DNA from: Patescibacteria group bacterium UBA3466
GTDB lineage: Bacteria; Patescibacteriota; Minisyncoccia; Phycocordibacterales; UBA918
Assembly: GCA_002378195.1 (NCBI GenBank)
Contig: DFRJ01000002.1
Coordinates: forward strand, 204,816-268,815
Length of the DNA: 64,000 bases
Reading direction: 5' to 3'
In this document: in pieces, positions 56,068-64,000 of the stretch
Numbering within the stretch: the stretch's first letter is position 1
Layout of the letters: each line of letters begins with the position of its first letter
The notes under the pieces: model-generated
Databases searched by the model: none
What the model saw: the letters and a program-made list of their open reading frames with translations, nothing else
What the model was told of the DNA's origin: nothing
Program-made: the position numbers and the translations under genes

Positions 56068-56150
56068 ATCCTAATGATAGCAACAAAATGCTCTAAAGTT
56101 ATTCAAGTGTGTGAATTTACATAACAACGTCAAGGATTTATGCTAACTGC

Positions 56151-56864
56151 ATGAGTAAATACAAACACCTTTTTTTTGACCTGGATAAAACTATTGCACC
56201 AGCTCGTCAGCCGATACTAGCTGATATGTATGAACTGCTGGCAAATGCTGAACAAGATATCATTATAGTCTCTGGACAGAGTGTAGAAAAAATTAAATGG
56301 CAGAGTAATGAGCTGAGCGCCTACAGACTAGGGCAAAATGGTAACGAAGCGTTTACCACTGACGGTGAAGAGCTGTGGAACACTCCCCTAACCGAGTCTG
56401 AGAATGCCGAAGTGAAAGCTCACATCCTGATGCTAGTGCATAAGTATGAGATCGCACTTAATGAAGAATGGAACCCGATAGAAGACCGCGGTGGCCAAAT
56501 CACCTTTAGTCCGATTGGTAACACTGCCCCGATAGAGCTTAAGCAGGAATACGACCCGACAGCTGAACGACGACTTAGAATGATGGAAGAGACGCCCTTA
56601 GTATCCAAAAGCTTGGTGGTGAAAATTGGCGGAACAACTAGCTTCGATTACATCAACAAAGACAGGCATAAGGGCACAAATGTACAAAAATTAATTGACC
56701 TTAAAAATTGGAATAAGGATCAGTGTATTTACTTCGGTGATGGCCTGTATCCGGGCGGCAATGACGAAGCAGTGATTGGGGTGATTGAGACGGTTGCTGT
56801 CGATGATCATTTAGACTGCTACCGTAAACTACAGAAATTGCTACAAGCCCAACAGGAAGGCTGA
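56151..56864 (+). CDS. Eukaryote-type phosphomannomutase (HAD-IIB, PMM family).
   Basis: LFFDLDKTIAPARQPI compared with the PMM2 consensus FDVDGTLTPARQKI, FSPIGNTAPIE compared with VSPIGRSC, and IYFGDGLYPGGNDEAV compared with YFFGDKTMPGGNDHEI. Confidence 0.7.
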   Translation: MSKYKHLFFDLDKTIAPARQPILADMYELLANAEQDIIIVSGQSVEKIKWQSNELSAYRLGQNGNEAFTTDGEELWNTPLTESENAEVKAHILMLVHKYEIALNEEWNPIEDRGGQITFSPIGNTAPIELKQEYDPTAERRLRMMEETPLVSKSLVVKIGGTTSFDYINKDRHKGTNVQKLIDLKNWNKDQCIYFGDGLYPGGNDEAVIGVIETVAVDDHLDCYRKLQKLLQAQQEG

Positions 56865-56875
56865 CACGAGGACGA

Positions 56876-56910
56876 TAAAAATCCCAATGGATATGCACCA
56901 TTGGGATTTA
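56876..56910 (+). terminator. Hairpin terminator after the PMM gene.
   Basis: AAAA-ATCCCAATGG-atatgca-CCATTGGGAT-TTA. Confidence 0.5.
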
Positions 56911-56917
56911 TGCGTTG

Positions 56918-56990
56918 TGGACCGTACTGGACTTGAACCAGCGACCTCTTCCATGCCATGGAAGCACTCTACCAGCTGAGCTAACGGCCC
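56918..56990 (-). tRNA. tRNA-Ala (anticodon GGC). CCA is not encoded.
   Basis: The rc is GGGCCGT-TA-GCTC-AGCTGGTA-GAGT-G-CTTCC-ATGGCAT-GGAAG-AGGTC-GCTGG-TTCAAGT-CCAGT-ACGGTCC-A. A G3:U70 pair is present. Confidence 0.85.
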
Positions 56991-57071
56991 TACCGGCGCA
57001 GATTTTAGCACAGACCAAGGAATAATTAAAAGCCATCTATTAAACAGGCTTGAATGGTCACACCAGTAGTT

Positions 57072-57108
57072 GCTCATGAATTAATTCATGAATAAGTTCA
57101 TGAGCAAT
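57072..57108. repeat. Nested TCATGA palindromes between the two tRNA genes.
   Basis: TTGCTCATGAA-ttaattcatgaataag-TTCATGAGCAA (11-bp arms), with an inner perfect palindrome TCATGAATTAATTCATGA. Another TTTTCATGAATGAAAA palindrome lies near 57228. Confidence 0.5.
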
Positions 57109-57193
57109 TATGCTTACCACTGACTAACCTTTTCGAGTCCTCTTGCACCAATTTACAAAATGCCACCCTAGTGGGTGACATTTCATAAATTAG

Positions 57194-57211
57194 TGGACCA
57201 GAGAGGACTCG
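57194..57211 (-). repeat. An 18-nt exact copy of the 3' end of tRNA-Ala(TGC) (att-site-like direct repeat).
   Basis: TGGACCAGAGAGGACTCG at 57194-57211 is identical to 57357-57374. It also forms a 12-bp inverted repeat with TTCGAGTCCTCT at 57133-57144. Confidence 0.5.
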
Positions 57212-57321
57212 GTCAGGAGTCACTTATTTTCATGAATGAAAATATAGTGCTCACGACCCTGCCTCCTTCGCAAGCTCAGTCCGACCTTCGAGTTTGCTCC
57301 CAGCAATCCAAACCGTCTATA

Positions 57322-57342
57322 CAAAAACCGCCATAAAGGCGG
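57322..57342 (-). terminator. Terminator immediately after tRNA-Ala(TGC).
   Basis: The minus strand reads CCGCC-tttat-GGCGG-TTTTTG. Confidence 0.55.
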
Positions 57343-57356
57343 AGTTGTATAAACGG

Positions 57357-57430
57357 TGGACCAGAGAGGACTCGAACCCCCGGCCTCCTCAGTGCAAATG
57401 AGGCGCTCTAGCCAACTGAGCTACTGGCCC
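57357..57430 (-). tRNA. tRNA-Ala (anticodon TGC). CCA is not encoded.
   Basis: The rc is GGGCCAG-TA-GCTC-AGTTGGCTA-GAGC-G-CCTCA-TTTGCAC-TGAGG-AGGCC-GGGGG-TTCGAGT-CCTCT-CTGGTCC-A, with a G3:U70 pair. Confidence 0.85.
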
Positions 57431-57495
57431 AAGCGAGTAATTAAATGGAAGCTAGCTTACATTTAAGTTACGAGTGCAGGGCCAGGAAACTCGTT

Positions 57496-57508
57496 TACTG
57501 GCCCAAGC
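57496..57508 (-). repeat. A 13-nt copy of the 5' end/upstream junction of tRNA-Ala(TGC).
   Basis: TACTGGCCCAAGC at 57496-57508 is identical to 57422-57434. It is embedded in the hairpin GGGCCAG...CTGGCCC. Confidence 0.4.
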
Positions 57509-57583
57509 AGCTATGCTCGGAATTGAGAAAATTTCTCAAGTGCGCACAATAATACTGTTCTCAAACCCTAAAGTCAAGGAATT

Positions 57584-58546
57584 TTACACAGAAGCTGTGT
57601 CAATCAAATGCTTAACAAGCTGGCTAAAATCTAAGCCAATGGCACCGGCTGACCGCGGGAAAAGAGAGTGCGCTGTCAGGCCGGGCAGAGTATTCACCTC
57701 AAGGAAGTAAATCTCACCATCCTTAACAATAAAGTCGCTCCGAGAGTATTGATTCAAACCAATCACCTTATGAACAAGGCTGGCTGTCTCTGCCAGTCTA
57801 GCTTTTTCATGATACGAAAATCTCCCTGGACAAACGAGCTCGGTTGAGCCATCGTACTTGTTGCTGTTTGAATAAAAAGTGTCACTGCGTGGGGGTAGAA
57901 TTTCTACTACTGGTAGAGCATAAAATTCTTCGTCCCTGAAGTTGTTTAGAACTCCAACCGTAGCCTCTTTACCCCTAACAAACTCCTCAATCATTAATTC
58001 ATCATAAAGTTCTGCAAGATTAATGATCTCGTGCTTAAGATTGGCACTGTTAGGTACGTGTTTAGCTCCTAAAGAAGACCCACTTGCCAGAGGTTTAATG
58101 AACACCTCATGCCCAATCTCACTAACAATGTTATCGATTTCCTCTTCTAAGGTTTCTAGTTCGTGTTTAGAGAAGCGTCTATGTCGCGGCATTTTAACAC
58201 CATACTTTTTCAGAGTCTGTTTGGTAAGATCTTTATTGAAGGCTATTGCTGATGGCAGCGCATTACTGCCGGTAAACGGTAAATTCAGGCGTTGCATGAT
58301 GCGCTGCACCCTGCCATCCTCTCCAAACTCACCGTGTAATGCCAAAAACACTACATCGATACCTTCTAGCGCCCGATCTGGGGTCTGTGCAAAGCCACCA
58401 GTAAGCCATTCACCCTGCTTAGTGATTACGATATCCTTAAATTTATAATCAAGTGTCCCAAGCGCCTCAAGAACAGCTTGTCCAGTTTTCATCGAAACAG
58501 AATACTCACCACTCGGGCCACCTCTTAAAACCGCTACGCGTTTCAT
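57584..58546 (-). CDS. ddl: D-alanine--D-alanine ligase.
   Basis: ATP-grasp motifs, EVNTLPGLTAHSLFPRSAGAIG. The start is at MKRVAVLRGG. The track start (58594) overlaps the upstream gene. Confidence 0.85.
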   Translation of the reverse strand: MKRVAVLRGGPSGEYSVSMKTGQAVLEALGTLDYKFKDIVITKQGEWLTGGFAQTPDRALEGIDVVFLALHGEFGEDGRVQRIMQRLNLPFTGSNALPSAIAFNKDLTKQTLKKYGVKMPRHRRFSKHELETLEEEIDNIVSEIGHEVFIKPLASGSSLGAKHVPNSANLKHEIINLAELYDELMIEEFVRGKEATVGVLNNFRDEEFYALPVVEILPPRSDTFYSNSNKYDGSTELVCPGRFSYHEKARLAETASLVHKVIGLNQYSRSDFIVKDGEIYFLEVNTLPGLTAHSLFPRSAGAIGLDFSQLVKHLIDTASV

Positions 58547-58562
58547 ACCTACGATTATATCA

Positions 58563-59519
58563 TTAAGTATCACTGTTATTGATAGTACCCGCACCGAAGA
58601 CTTCAGAAAGTAGATCTAAATCCTTTTTTGAGTTAATAAGTAGATTGTTGTTGTAGTCGGTCATGGCAGTTAGCATTTGATACCCTTCGGCTTCACCCAT
58701 AATGCTCTGATAAAAATTACGGTAGGCTTCAAAATCCTTTATGAAGCAGTGGCCTCCCGCCCCTCTTTTTGGTTGATCATCATCGTTTACGTGACCACTC
58801 TTATGAACAGGTTCGGTGTGACTCTCGCCAATACGTGGATCATTAATAAGTGCCTCACGCACGACCCTAAAATCGCCCCCGCTGTTTTGCACTAAATCAT
58901 AGAGCGTGTTCATAAAAAGCACTTTTGTATACAAGAAACAATTCCCGGCGTATTTCACCAGTTCAGATTCTAGGGATGACATAGTGGTCTGATATGGGGC
59001 TTCCGGTAAGACCTTTAGCACCTGCTGAGCCGCCTCTTGATGCTCTTTGGTGTCGAGTGGATAACCTACGATGTTGCGATTGGGATTGCGGGCGTCATAG
59101 GCGGCTGTTCTTTCGGTCAGAAACTCTGGGCTGTGCAGCAGGATTATGTTCGGATGATCTTGTTGCAGCTTTGTCGTCACTCCAGGTAAAGTAGTTGATT
59201 TTATGACTGCAATTTTACCGGCCCCGATATTTTGTAGGGCACTCCTTAGGTACGAATCATCAAATCCGGCCGGTGTGGTCGGCGTCGGTACAGCAATAAA
59301 TGTGATATCGCACTTCTCTATTTCTGACTTATTCTGGATAAATGGTTCCTCGAGTGAGTACCGAACCGTTATAAATCCACGCTCCTCAAAATCATCAGCA
59401 TAGTTTTTTCCAATCCACCCCTGACCAATAAAACCGATTTTCATATTCTTGTCTGTCATAATTTTAAACTGAAGATGCTTAACTAATGTTTCGTTGACAC
59501 AAGCCTCTTCCTTAGGCAT
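58563..59519 (-). CDS. UDP-glucose/GDP-mannose dehydrogenase-family protein (short, 318 aa).
   Basis: A Rossmann motif MKIGFIGQGWIGKNYA and a catalytic-Cys region GGHCFIKD (compare GGSCFPKD). The N-terminus is uncertain (MKIG Met at about 59444). Confidence 0.68.
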   Translation of the reverse strand: MPKEEACVNETLVKHLQFKIMTDKNMKIGFIGQGWIGKNYADDFEERGFITVRYSLEEPFIQNKSEIEKCDITFIAVPTPTTPAGFDDSYLRSALQNIGAGKIAVIKSTTLPGVTTKLQQDHPNIILLHSPEFLTERTAAYDARNPNRNIVGYPLDTKEHQEAAQQVLKVLPEAPYQTTMSSLESELVKYAGNCFLYTKVLFMNTLYDLVQNSGGDFRVVREALINDPRIGESHTEPVHKSGHVNDDDQPKRGAGGHCFIKDFEAYRNFYQSIMGEAEGYQMLTAMTDYNNNLLINSKKDLDLLSEVFGAGTINNSDT

Positions 59520-59587
59520 CGCTGCATTTTACCAGATAATTGATCTATAATTTTATTATTACATTTATTAGTTAAGTGTATTTAGTT

Positions 59588-61054
59588 ATGAATAAAACAT
59601 ATTGGCCGAATCAGTGGGTGTTTATTCTAGCAGCGGTTGGTTCTGCTGCTGGTCTGGGCAATCTGTGGAGATTTCCGGCTTTAGCTTATGAAAATGGTGG
59701 CGGCGCTTTTATGGTCGCTTTTATTATTGCCAATATTCTAGTAGGTATTCCCCTACTAATGCTAGAGATTGGTCTGGGTCAAAAAACCCAAAAGGGATCT
59801 GCGGATGCACTTGGTTCCATCAAAAAAGGTTTTAAGTATCTAGGTTGGACAGCGATGTGCATGAGTTTCTTGGTACTTACTTACTACATGGCGGTAGTGG
59901 CCTACGGAATTAATTTCTTTGCCGGTGCTTTCACCCTAGGTTGGATGCCGAGTGCAGAAAGTTTCTTCTTTAATGAGGTTCTTCAGATCTCTAGTGGGCC
60001 TGGTGAGATGGGTGGTATTGCCTGGCCAGTGTTCGCAGCTCTTCTGCTAGGTTGGGCGATGGTGTATTTCTCTGCTTGGAAGGGCGTAAAAAGCATTAGT
60101 TCAGTCGTGAAATGGACTGCGACTTTACCATTTGTGATTCTATTACTTCTCATCTTTAGAGCAGTAACACTGGATGGAGCGAGTGATGGATTGGCACTAT
60201 TCTTCATTCCTGAGTGGAGTCAATTATTCACAACTGACATTTGGCTGGCGGCCTTTTCGCAAGTCTTCTTTAGCCTTTCACTAGCCTTTGGAATTATGAT
60301 GGCCTACGGCAGCTTGCGGCACCGAAATTCAGAGATTACCAAGAGCGTAATCTATATCACCGTCGGAAACTTCCTAGTAAGTTTTATGTCGGGAATTGTT
60401 GTGTTCGGAACCCTTGGTTATATGGCAGCGCAGCAAGGAGTCGATGTAGCCAGTGTTGTAGCCGGTGGCCCGGGATTGGTGTTTGTGGTATTCCCAGAAG
60501 TCATCAATATGCTACCAGCCCTCAATTCACTCATTGGAGTACTGTTCTTCGGCATGTTATTGATGCTAGCCATAGACAGCGCTTTCTCACTACTGGAGGC
60601 TCTGTCAGTCTCAATTCGAGACCGTATGCCGCATGTGCCGACTGAGAAAATATCTCTAATCATCACGATTGTCGGAGTATTTGGTGGACTTCTGTATTCA
60701 ACCAAAGCAGGTTTGTACTACCTAGATATCACCGACCACTTTGTAGTGTCTTATGGTTTGGTGATAATTGGTATCCTACAATCAATTATTGTTGGCTGGT
60801 TATGGAAAGGTAATGATATGGTGGCGTACATCAAGGATCATTCTGATATTCACATTGAAAAATTGTGGCTATTCTCTATCAGATACTTTGTACCGATCTT
60901 CCTAACCATTCTGCTGGTACTCAATCTCCGAACTGAACTCGCTGAGAATTATGAGGGGTACTCAACCGCAGCGTTGATTTACGTAGGATTGTTACCAATC
61001 TTACTAGCGCCGGCTGTTGGATACTTCTTGGACAAATTAACTTCTAAAAACTAG
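59588..61054 (+). CDS. Neurotransmitter:sodium symporter (NSS/SNF) family transporter.
   Basis: GLGNLWRFPALAYENGGGAFMVAFII is the NSS TM1 signature. The start is at MNKTYW. The track begins 12 nt earlier at a GTG. Confidence 0.85.
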   Translation: MNKTYWPNQWVFILAAVGSAAGLGNLWRFPALAYENGGGAFMVAFIIANILVGIPLLMLEIGLGQKTQKGSADALGSIKKGFKYLGWTAMCMSFLVLTYYMAVVAYGINFFAGAFTLGWMPSAESFFFNEVLQISSGPGEMGGIAWPVFAALLLGWAMVYFSAWKGVKSISSVVKWTATLPFVILLLLIFRAVTLDGASDGLALFFIPEWSQLFTTDIWLAAFSQVFFSLSLAFGIMMAYGSLRHRNSEITKSVIYITVGNFLVSFMSGIVVFGTLGYMAAQQGVDVASVVAGGPGLVFVVFPEVINMLPALNSLIGVLFFGMLLMLAIDSAFSLLEALSVSIRDRMPHVPTEKISLIITIVGVFGGLLYSTKAGLYYLDITDHFVVSYGLVIIGILQSIIVGWLWKGNDMVAYIKDHSDIHIEKLWLFSIRYFVPIFLTILLVLNLRTELAENYEGYSTAALIYVGLLPILLAPAVGYFLDKLTSKN

Positions 61055-61065
61055 ATTAAACACTG

Positions 61066-61096
61066 AAAAGGCCGGCGCGAAAGCGCCGGCCTTTTA
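61066..61096. terminator. Bidirectional terminator shared by the convergent NSS and uvrC genes.
   Basis: AAAAG-GCCGGCGC-gaaa-GCGCCGGC-CTTTTATTT. It overlaps the uvrC stop codon. Confidence 0.75.
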
Positions 61097-62329
61097 TTTA
61101 AACTGCTTTTTTCTTTGTAGACTACGGTGGTAGCTTATAGCAAAGCGGTGAGATTCAGCATTCGCCAAAAGGACTGAGTCTTTATGTTTGTTTAACAGAT
61201 CTTTCTGTCCTACCAATCGGATCGGTTTGTGTTTATCATCCTTGACCACTGCCACTACCGGGATAACCAGGCTATTTTGCCGTAAAATGGCCTGCGCTGC
61301 GTTCTTTTGTGCAGTGCTACCATCTACCACTAAAACATCTGGAAAACGCCACTCCTTATGCTTGAAGCGCCTTTCGAGTATTTCTTTAAGTGCACCCACA
61401 TCATTTGAACTTGTATAACCGTTAACCTTGAACTTTCGGTACTCACTTTTCTGTGGCTCTACGCCATCAACCACTGTCATCACTCCAACCATACTGTCTC
61501 CTTGTAGGTGCGCCACATCGAACGCCTCGATACGAAGTGATTTATCATCACGGTAATGCCTGCGATCGTCACTGATGAGTGAAATGTCTTGAATGTGCTG
61601 TAAGGCAAATATACGTTTTTTGATATGGTTCGCTTCTTCAAACTTTTCCTTCTTTGCTAATAGCATCATCTCTTTCTCTAGCTCCTTGATGATTTGTTGT
61701 TTTTTGCCTTCAAAAAACAATTTGATGTGGTTGATAGTGCGCTTATACTCTTGTTGATTCTCTTCGCTCGGGAACAAACCAATTTGCTTATTAAAATCGA
61801 TCTTCCCTCTTTCCAATCGACTTTTCTGCTCGCCGACAGGTTTTTTGGTGTCATAAAATTTGAACAATTTTCGAACAATCTTTAGTGCTTCACGAAACAA
61901 GACACCGCTCGGAAAGGGGCCAAACTCATACTTAATATCCTGTTCGGCAAACTTTTCTGTTACATCTTTACCTCGCACAACTAGCACCCTAGGAAACTCT
62001 TCATTAGTAATGACTAAATGGTTATAGCTCTTGTCGTCCTTACTCCGTGTGTTGTAGGTTGGCTTATGTGTCCGGATCATGTTTGTTTCGAGGATAAGCG
62101 CCTCAAGCGTACTGTCAGTCGGAGTGAATTCGACTGTTTTTGCTTCTGATACCATCTTTTCTATGAGGAGAGAGCGTTTTTCCTCTAAATCACTGCCAAA
62201 ATAGCTTCGCACACGACTGCGTAGTGAAGTGGCCTTGCCAATATAGAGAATCTTCTTATTGGTACCAAGAAAAAAATAGACTCCGGGAGAGTCTGGTAGT
62301 TTTACCTTAGCTAAATCACTCTTGGTCAT
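61094..62329 (-). CDS. uvrC: UvrC lacking the C-terminal (HhH)2 domain (about 411 aa).
   Basis: A GIY-YIG domain (PGVYFF...ILYIGKATSLRSRVRSYF), a UVR domain, and an RNase H-like endonuclease domain. It ends without an HhH domain. The start is at MTKSDL. Confidence 0.85.
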   Translation of the reverse strand: MTKSDLAKVKLPDSPGVYFFLGTNKKILYIGKATSLRSRVRSYFGSDLEEKRSLLIEKMVSEAKTVEFTPTDSTLEALILETNMIRTHKPTYNTRSKDDKSYNHLVITNEEFPRVLVVRGKDVTEKFAEQDIKYEFGPFPSGVLFREALKIVRKLFKFYDTKKPVGEQKSRLERGKIDFNKQIGLFPSEENQQEYKRTINHIKLFFEGKKQQIIKELEKEMMLLAKKEKFEEANHIKKRIFALQHIQDISLISDDRRHYRDDKSLRIEAFDVAHLQGDSMVGVMTVVDGVEPQKSEYRKFKVNGYTSSNDVGALKEILERRFKHKEWRFPDVLVVDGSTAQKNAAQAILRQNSLVIPVVAVVKDDKHKPIRLVGQKDLLNKHKDSVLLANAESHRFAISYHRSLQRKKQFK

Positions 62330-62389
62330 GGCGATACTATATATAAAATAAACTGAACCGCCAACAGTGTGGCGGTTCAATCAGATGAG

Positions 62390-62575
62390 TCAACAGCGTA
62401 TTTTGAGGACCACGTCTTTTAAACGCTGCTCGTCAGCTGAGGACAGTTGGTCAATAGCAGGTTTGGCAATACCTTCACGGAGTGATTCCCAGGTTTCTCC
62501 TCCTTCCCGCACTCTCGACACAACTTCTTGCACCAATGCTGGATTGTCATCCAGCGGGTAAACCTTAGCTTCCAT
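62390..62575 (-). CDS. Small hypothetical protein (61 aa) between uvrA and uvrC.
   Basis: A strong SD AAGGGGGTG, then 4 nt, then ATG (62573-62575). MEAKVYPLDDNPALVQEVV... The track lists a longer version, 62390..62662. Confidence 0.4.
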   Translation of the reverse strand: MEAKVYPLDDNPALVQEVVSRVREGGETWESLREGIAKPAIDQLSSADEQRLKDVVLKIRC

Positions 62576-62680
62576 ATTACACCCCCTTGTAGTGGTAAGA
62601 TATGGAATACATTCAAATGTACTCCTAAAAACTAATTGTACTCCGATTTGAGTGGCCTGCACAAAAGTTTTCCACTTCGG

Positions 62681-64000
62681 TTAGAGTATCTTTTTGAGAT
62701 AACGGCCAGTGTGCGACTTTTCATTATCAGCTACCTGCTCTGGCGTACCCTTGGCTACGATGTTGCCGCCTTTTTCTCCTCCTTCTGGTCCAATATCAAT
62801 TATGTAATCAGCATTCTTTACCAGGTCCAGATTGTGCTCAATCACCATTACGGTATTACCCTTATCTACCAGCCTTTGCAGAATTTCAATCAGCTTTGTG
62901 ACATCCTCATAATGCAATCCAATAGTTGGCTCATCCAGTAAATAGATGGTTTTTTGTGTGTGTTGTCGGTAGAGTTCTGACGCCACCTTAACTCTCTGTG
63001 CCTCTCCACCAGAGAGAGTCGTGGCACTTTGGCCAAGCTCCAAGTAGCCTAGACCAACTTCAATCAATGAACGTAGCCTTTCTTCTATGGCTGGTACGTC
63101 TTTATAAAATTCGTGTGCCTCTTCAATATTCATGTGCAGTACCTCATGAATATTTTTACCCTTATAACGCACCTCGAGAGTCTCCTTGGTGAAGCGAGTA
63201 CCATCACAAACATCACAGGTCACGTAGACTGTTGGTAAGAAATGCATCTCAACCGCGATTACCCCATTTCCCTGACAAGCTTCGCAACGTCCTCCTTTTA
63301 CGTTGAAGCTAAACCTACCAGGTTTCCAGCCGCGGGCTCGTGCTTCTGAAGTCGCTGCAAACAGGTCGCGGATATGGGTAAAGGCTCCGGTGTAGGTCGC
63401 CGGGTTACTTCTTGGAGTTCGACCAATTGGTGACTGATCGATAAGAACCGAACGGCCTAAGTATTCAGTACCAGTAAAGGATTTGCAGTTGTGAGTCTTG
63501 GCGCTACGGTGCTTCCTCTCAAGTCTTGCCTTCAAATTTCTGTCTACAATCTCATACATGAAGGTTGATTTACCAGAACCAGACACACCAGTTACACAAA
63601 CTAATTTACCTAGCGGGATGTCGACATTAAGGTTTTTAATATTAAACGCTTTGCCTCCCTTAATATTTATCTTCCCTTTCTCAGCAGTGCGTCGTTCCGG
63701 TACCGGAACTTTCTTGTCACCCCGGAGATAGTCTAGTGTCACTGATCCAGATTCATTGGTTTTGTCATCCAGTAATTTTTCCAGATAATCAGCCACAATC
63801 ACATTGCCACCATGCACTCCAGCTCCTGGGCCGATGTCGACCAAATAATCAGCCGCGTAAATGGTATCTTCATCATGCTCAACAACAATAATTGTATTAC
63901 CCAAATCTCTCAGTTCCTTGAGCGTTTTTATTAACTTATCGTTATCACGCTGGTGTAAGCCAATAGTTGGCTCGTCTAGTACATACAATGCCCCCACCAA
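62681..64000 (-). CDS. uvrA: UvrA, C-terminal portion (partial; it continues beyond the window).
   Basis: An ABC signature LSGGEAQR, a Walker [10 protein letters not shown], and a zinc finger CEACQGNGV...CDVCDG. Confidence 0.9.
   Translation of the reverse strand: MVGALYVLDEPTIGLHQRDNDKLIKTLKELRDLGNTIIVVEHDEDTIYAADYLVDIGPGAGVHGGNVIVADYLEKLLDDKTNESGSVTLDYLRGDKKVPVPERRTAEKGKINIKGGKAFNIKNLNVDIPLGKLVCVTGVSGSGKSTFMYEIVDRNLKARLERKHRSAKTHNCKSFTGTEYLGRSVLIDQSPIGRTPRSNPATYTGAFTHIRDLFAATSEARARGWKPGRFSFNVKGGRCEACQGNGVIAVEMHFLPTVYVTCDVCDGTRFTKETLEVRYKGKNIHEVLHMNIEEAHEFYKDVPAIEERLRSLIEVGLGYLELGQSATTLSGGEAQRVKVASELYRQHTQKTIYLLDEPTIGLHYEDVTKLIEILQRLVDKGNTVMVIEHNLDLVKNADYIIDIGPEGGEKGGNIVAKGTPEQVADNEKSHTGRYLKKIL

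Noticed and set aside
57131-57150. A plus-strand tRNA-like 3' end (TTCGAGTCCTCTTGCACCA, with CCA).
   Set aside because: No acceptor, D or anticodon arms can be paired upstream. It is better explained as an inverted copy of the tRNA-Ala(TGC) T-arm segment.
1-64000. A possible alternative genetic code (UGA recoding, as in some CPR lineages).
   Set aside because: ORFs are long and contiguous under the standard code, with tight gene packing. There are no systematic in-frame TGA-split genes.
1-64000. CRISPR arrays, rRNA genes, IS elements or transposases.
   Set aside because: There are no regularly spaced direct repeats, no rRNA-like stretches, and no transposase/integrase-like ORFs. The Cas4-like gene is stand-alone.

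Overview
This 64 kb window looks like a gene-dense stretch from a small-genome bacterium. It is almost entirely coding, with tiny or overlapping intergenic gaps, mostly on the minus strand, and sigma70-type promoters. Several proteins are domain-reduced: AlaRS has no C-Ala domain, UvrC has no (HhH)2 domain, and L36 has no cysteines. This gene content is compatible with a Patescibacteria/CPR-like or other reduced-genome organism, but that placement is inference only.

Recognised genes are listed here in coordinate order; except for the RND pair, PMM and the NSS transporter they lie on the minus strand and are transcribed from high to low coordinates:
- a partial coiled-coil protein, then gltX, murG, ftsW, mraY and a PBP5-like DD-carboxypeptidase (a partial dcw cluster);
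- scpB, scpA, an HD hydrolase, M17 leucyl aminopeptidase, a class IIb Asp/Asn-tRNA synthetase preceded by a T-box-like leader, and trpS;
- an orphan histidine kinase with a small Cys-rich partner, an EamA transporter, a CvpA-like protein and a YigZ homologue;
- the grpE-dnaK-dnaJ operon, transcribed from a perfect consensus promoter that lies inside the tracked grpE ORF;
- a ribosomal cluster (rpsI, rplM, rplQ, rpoA, rpsD, rpsK, rpsM, rpmJ, infA), alaS, two M16 peptidases, a SpoT-like HD protein, an MGMT-domain protein and a Cas4-like Fe-S nuclease;
- an ATP-cone::Mrr-nuclease fusion translationally coupled to mnmA, then mltG;
- a sigma-region-4/HARE-HTH protein with an operator-flanked promoter, leuS, ychF, sppA and two GC-rich lipoproteins under a perfect consensus promoter;
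- an MFP+RND efflux pair (+ strand), a eukaryote-type phosphomannomutase (+), two tRNA-Ala genes (GGC and TGC) surrounded by duplicated tRNA-end fragments and TCATGA palindromes, ddl, a UDP-sugar dehydrogenase-like gene, an NSS transporter (+), uvrC, a small ORF, and partial uvrA.

No CRISPR array, rRNA gene or obvious transposase was seen. All coordinates for RNA and regulatory elements were hand-derived and may be off by 1-2 nt.
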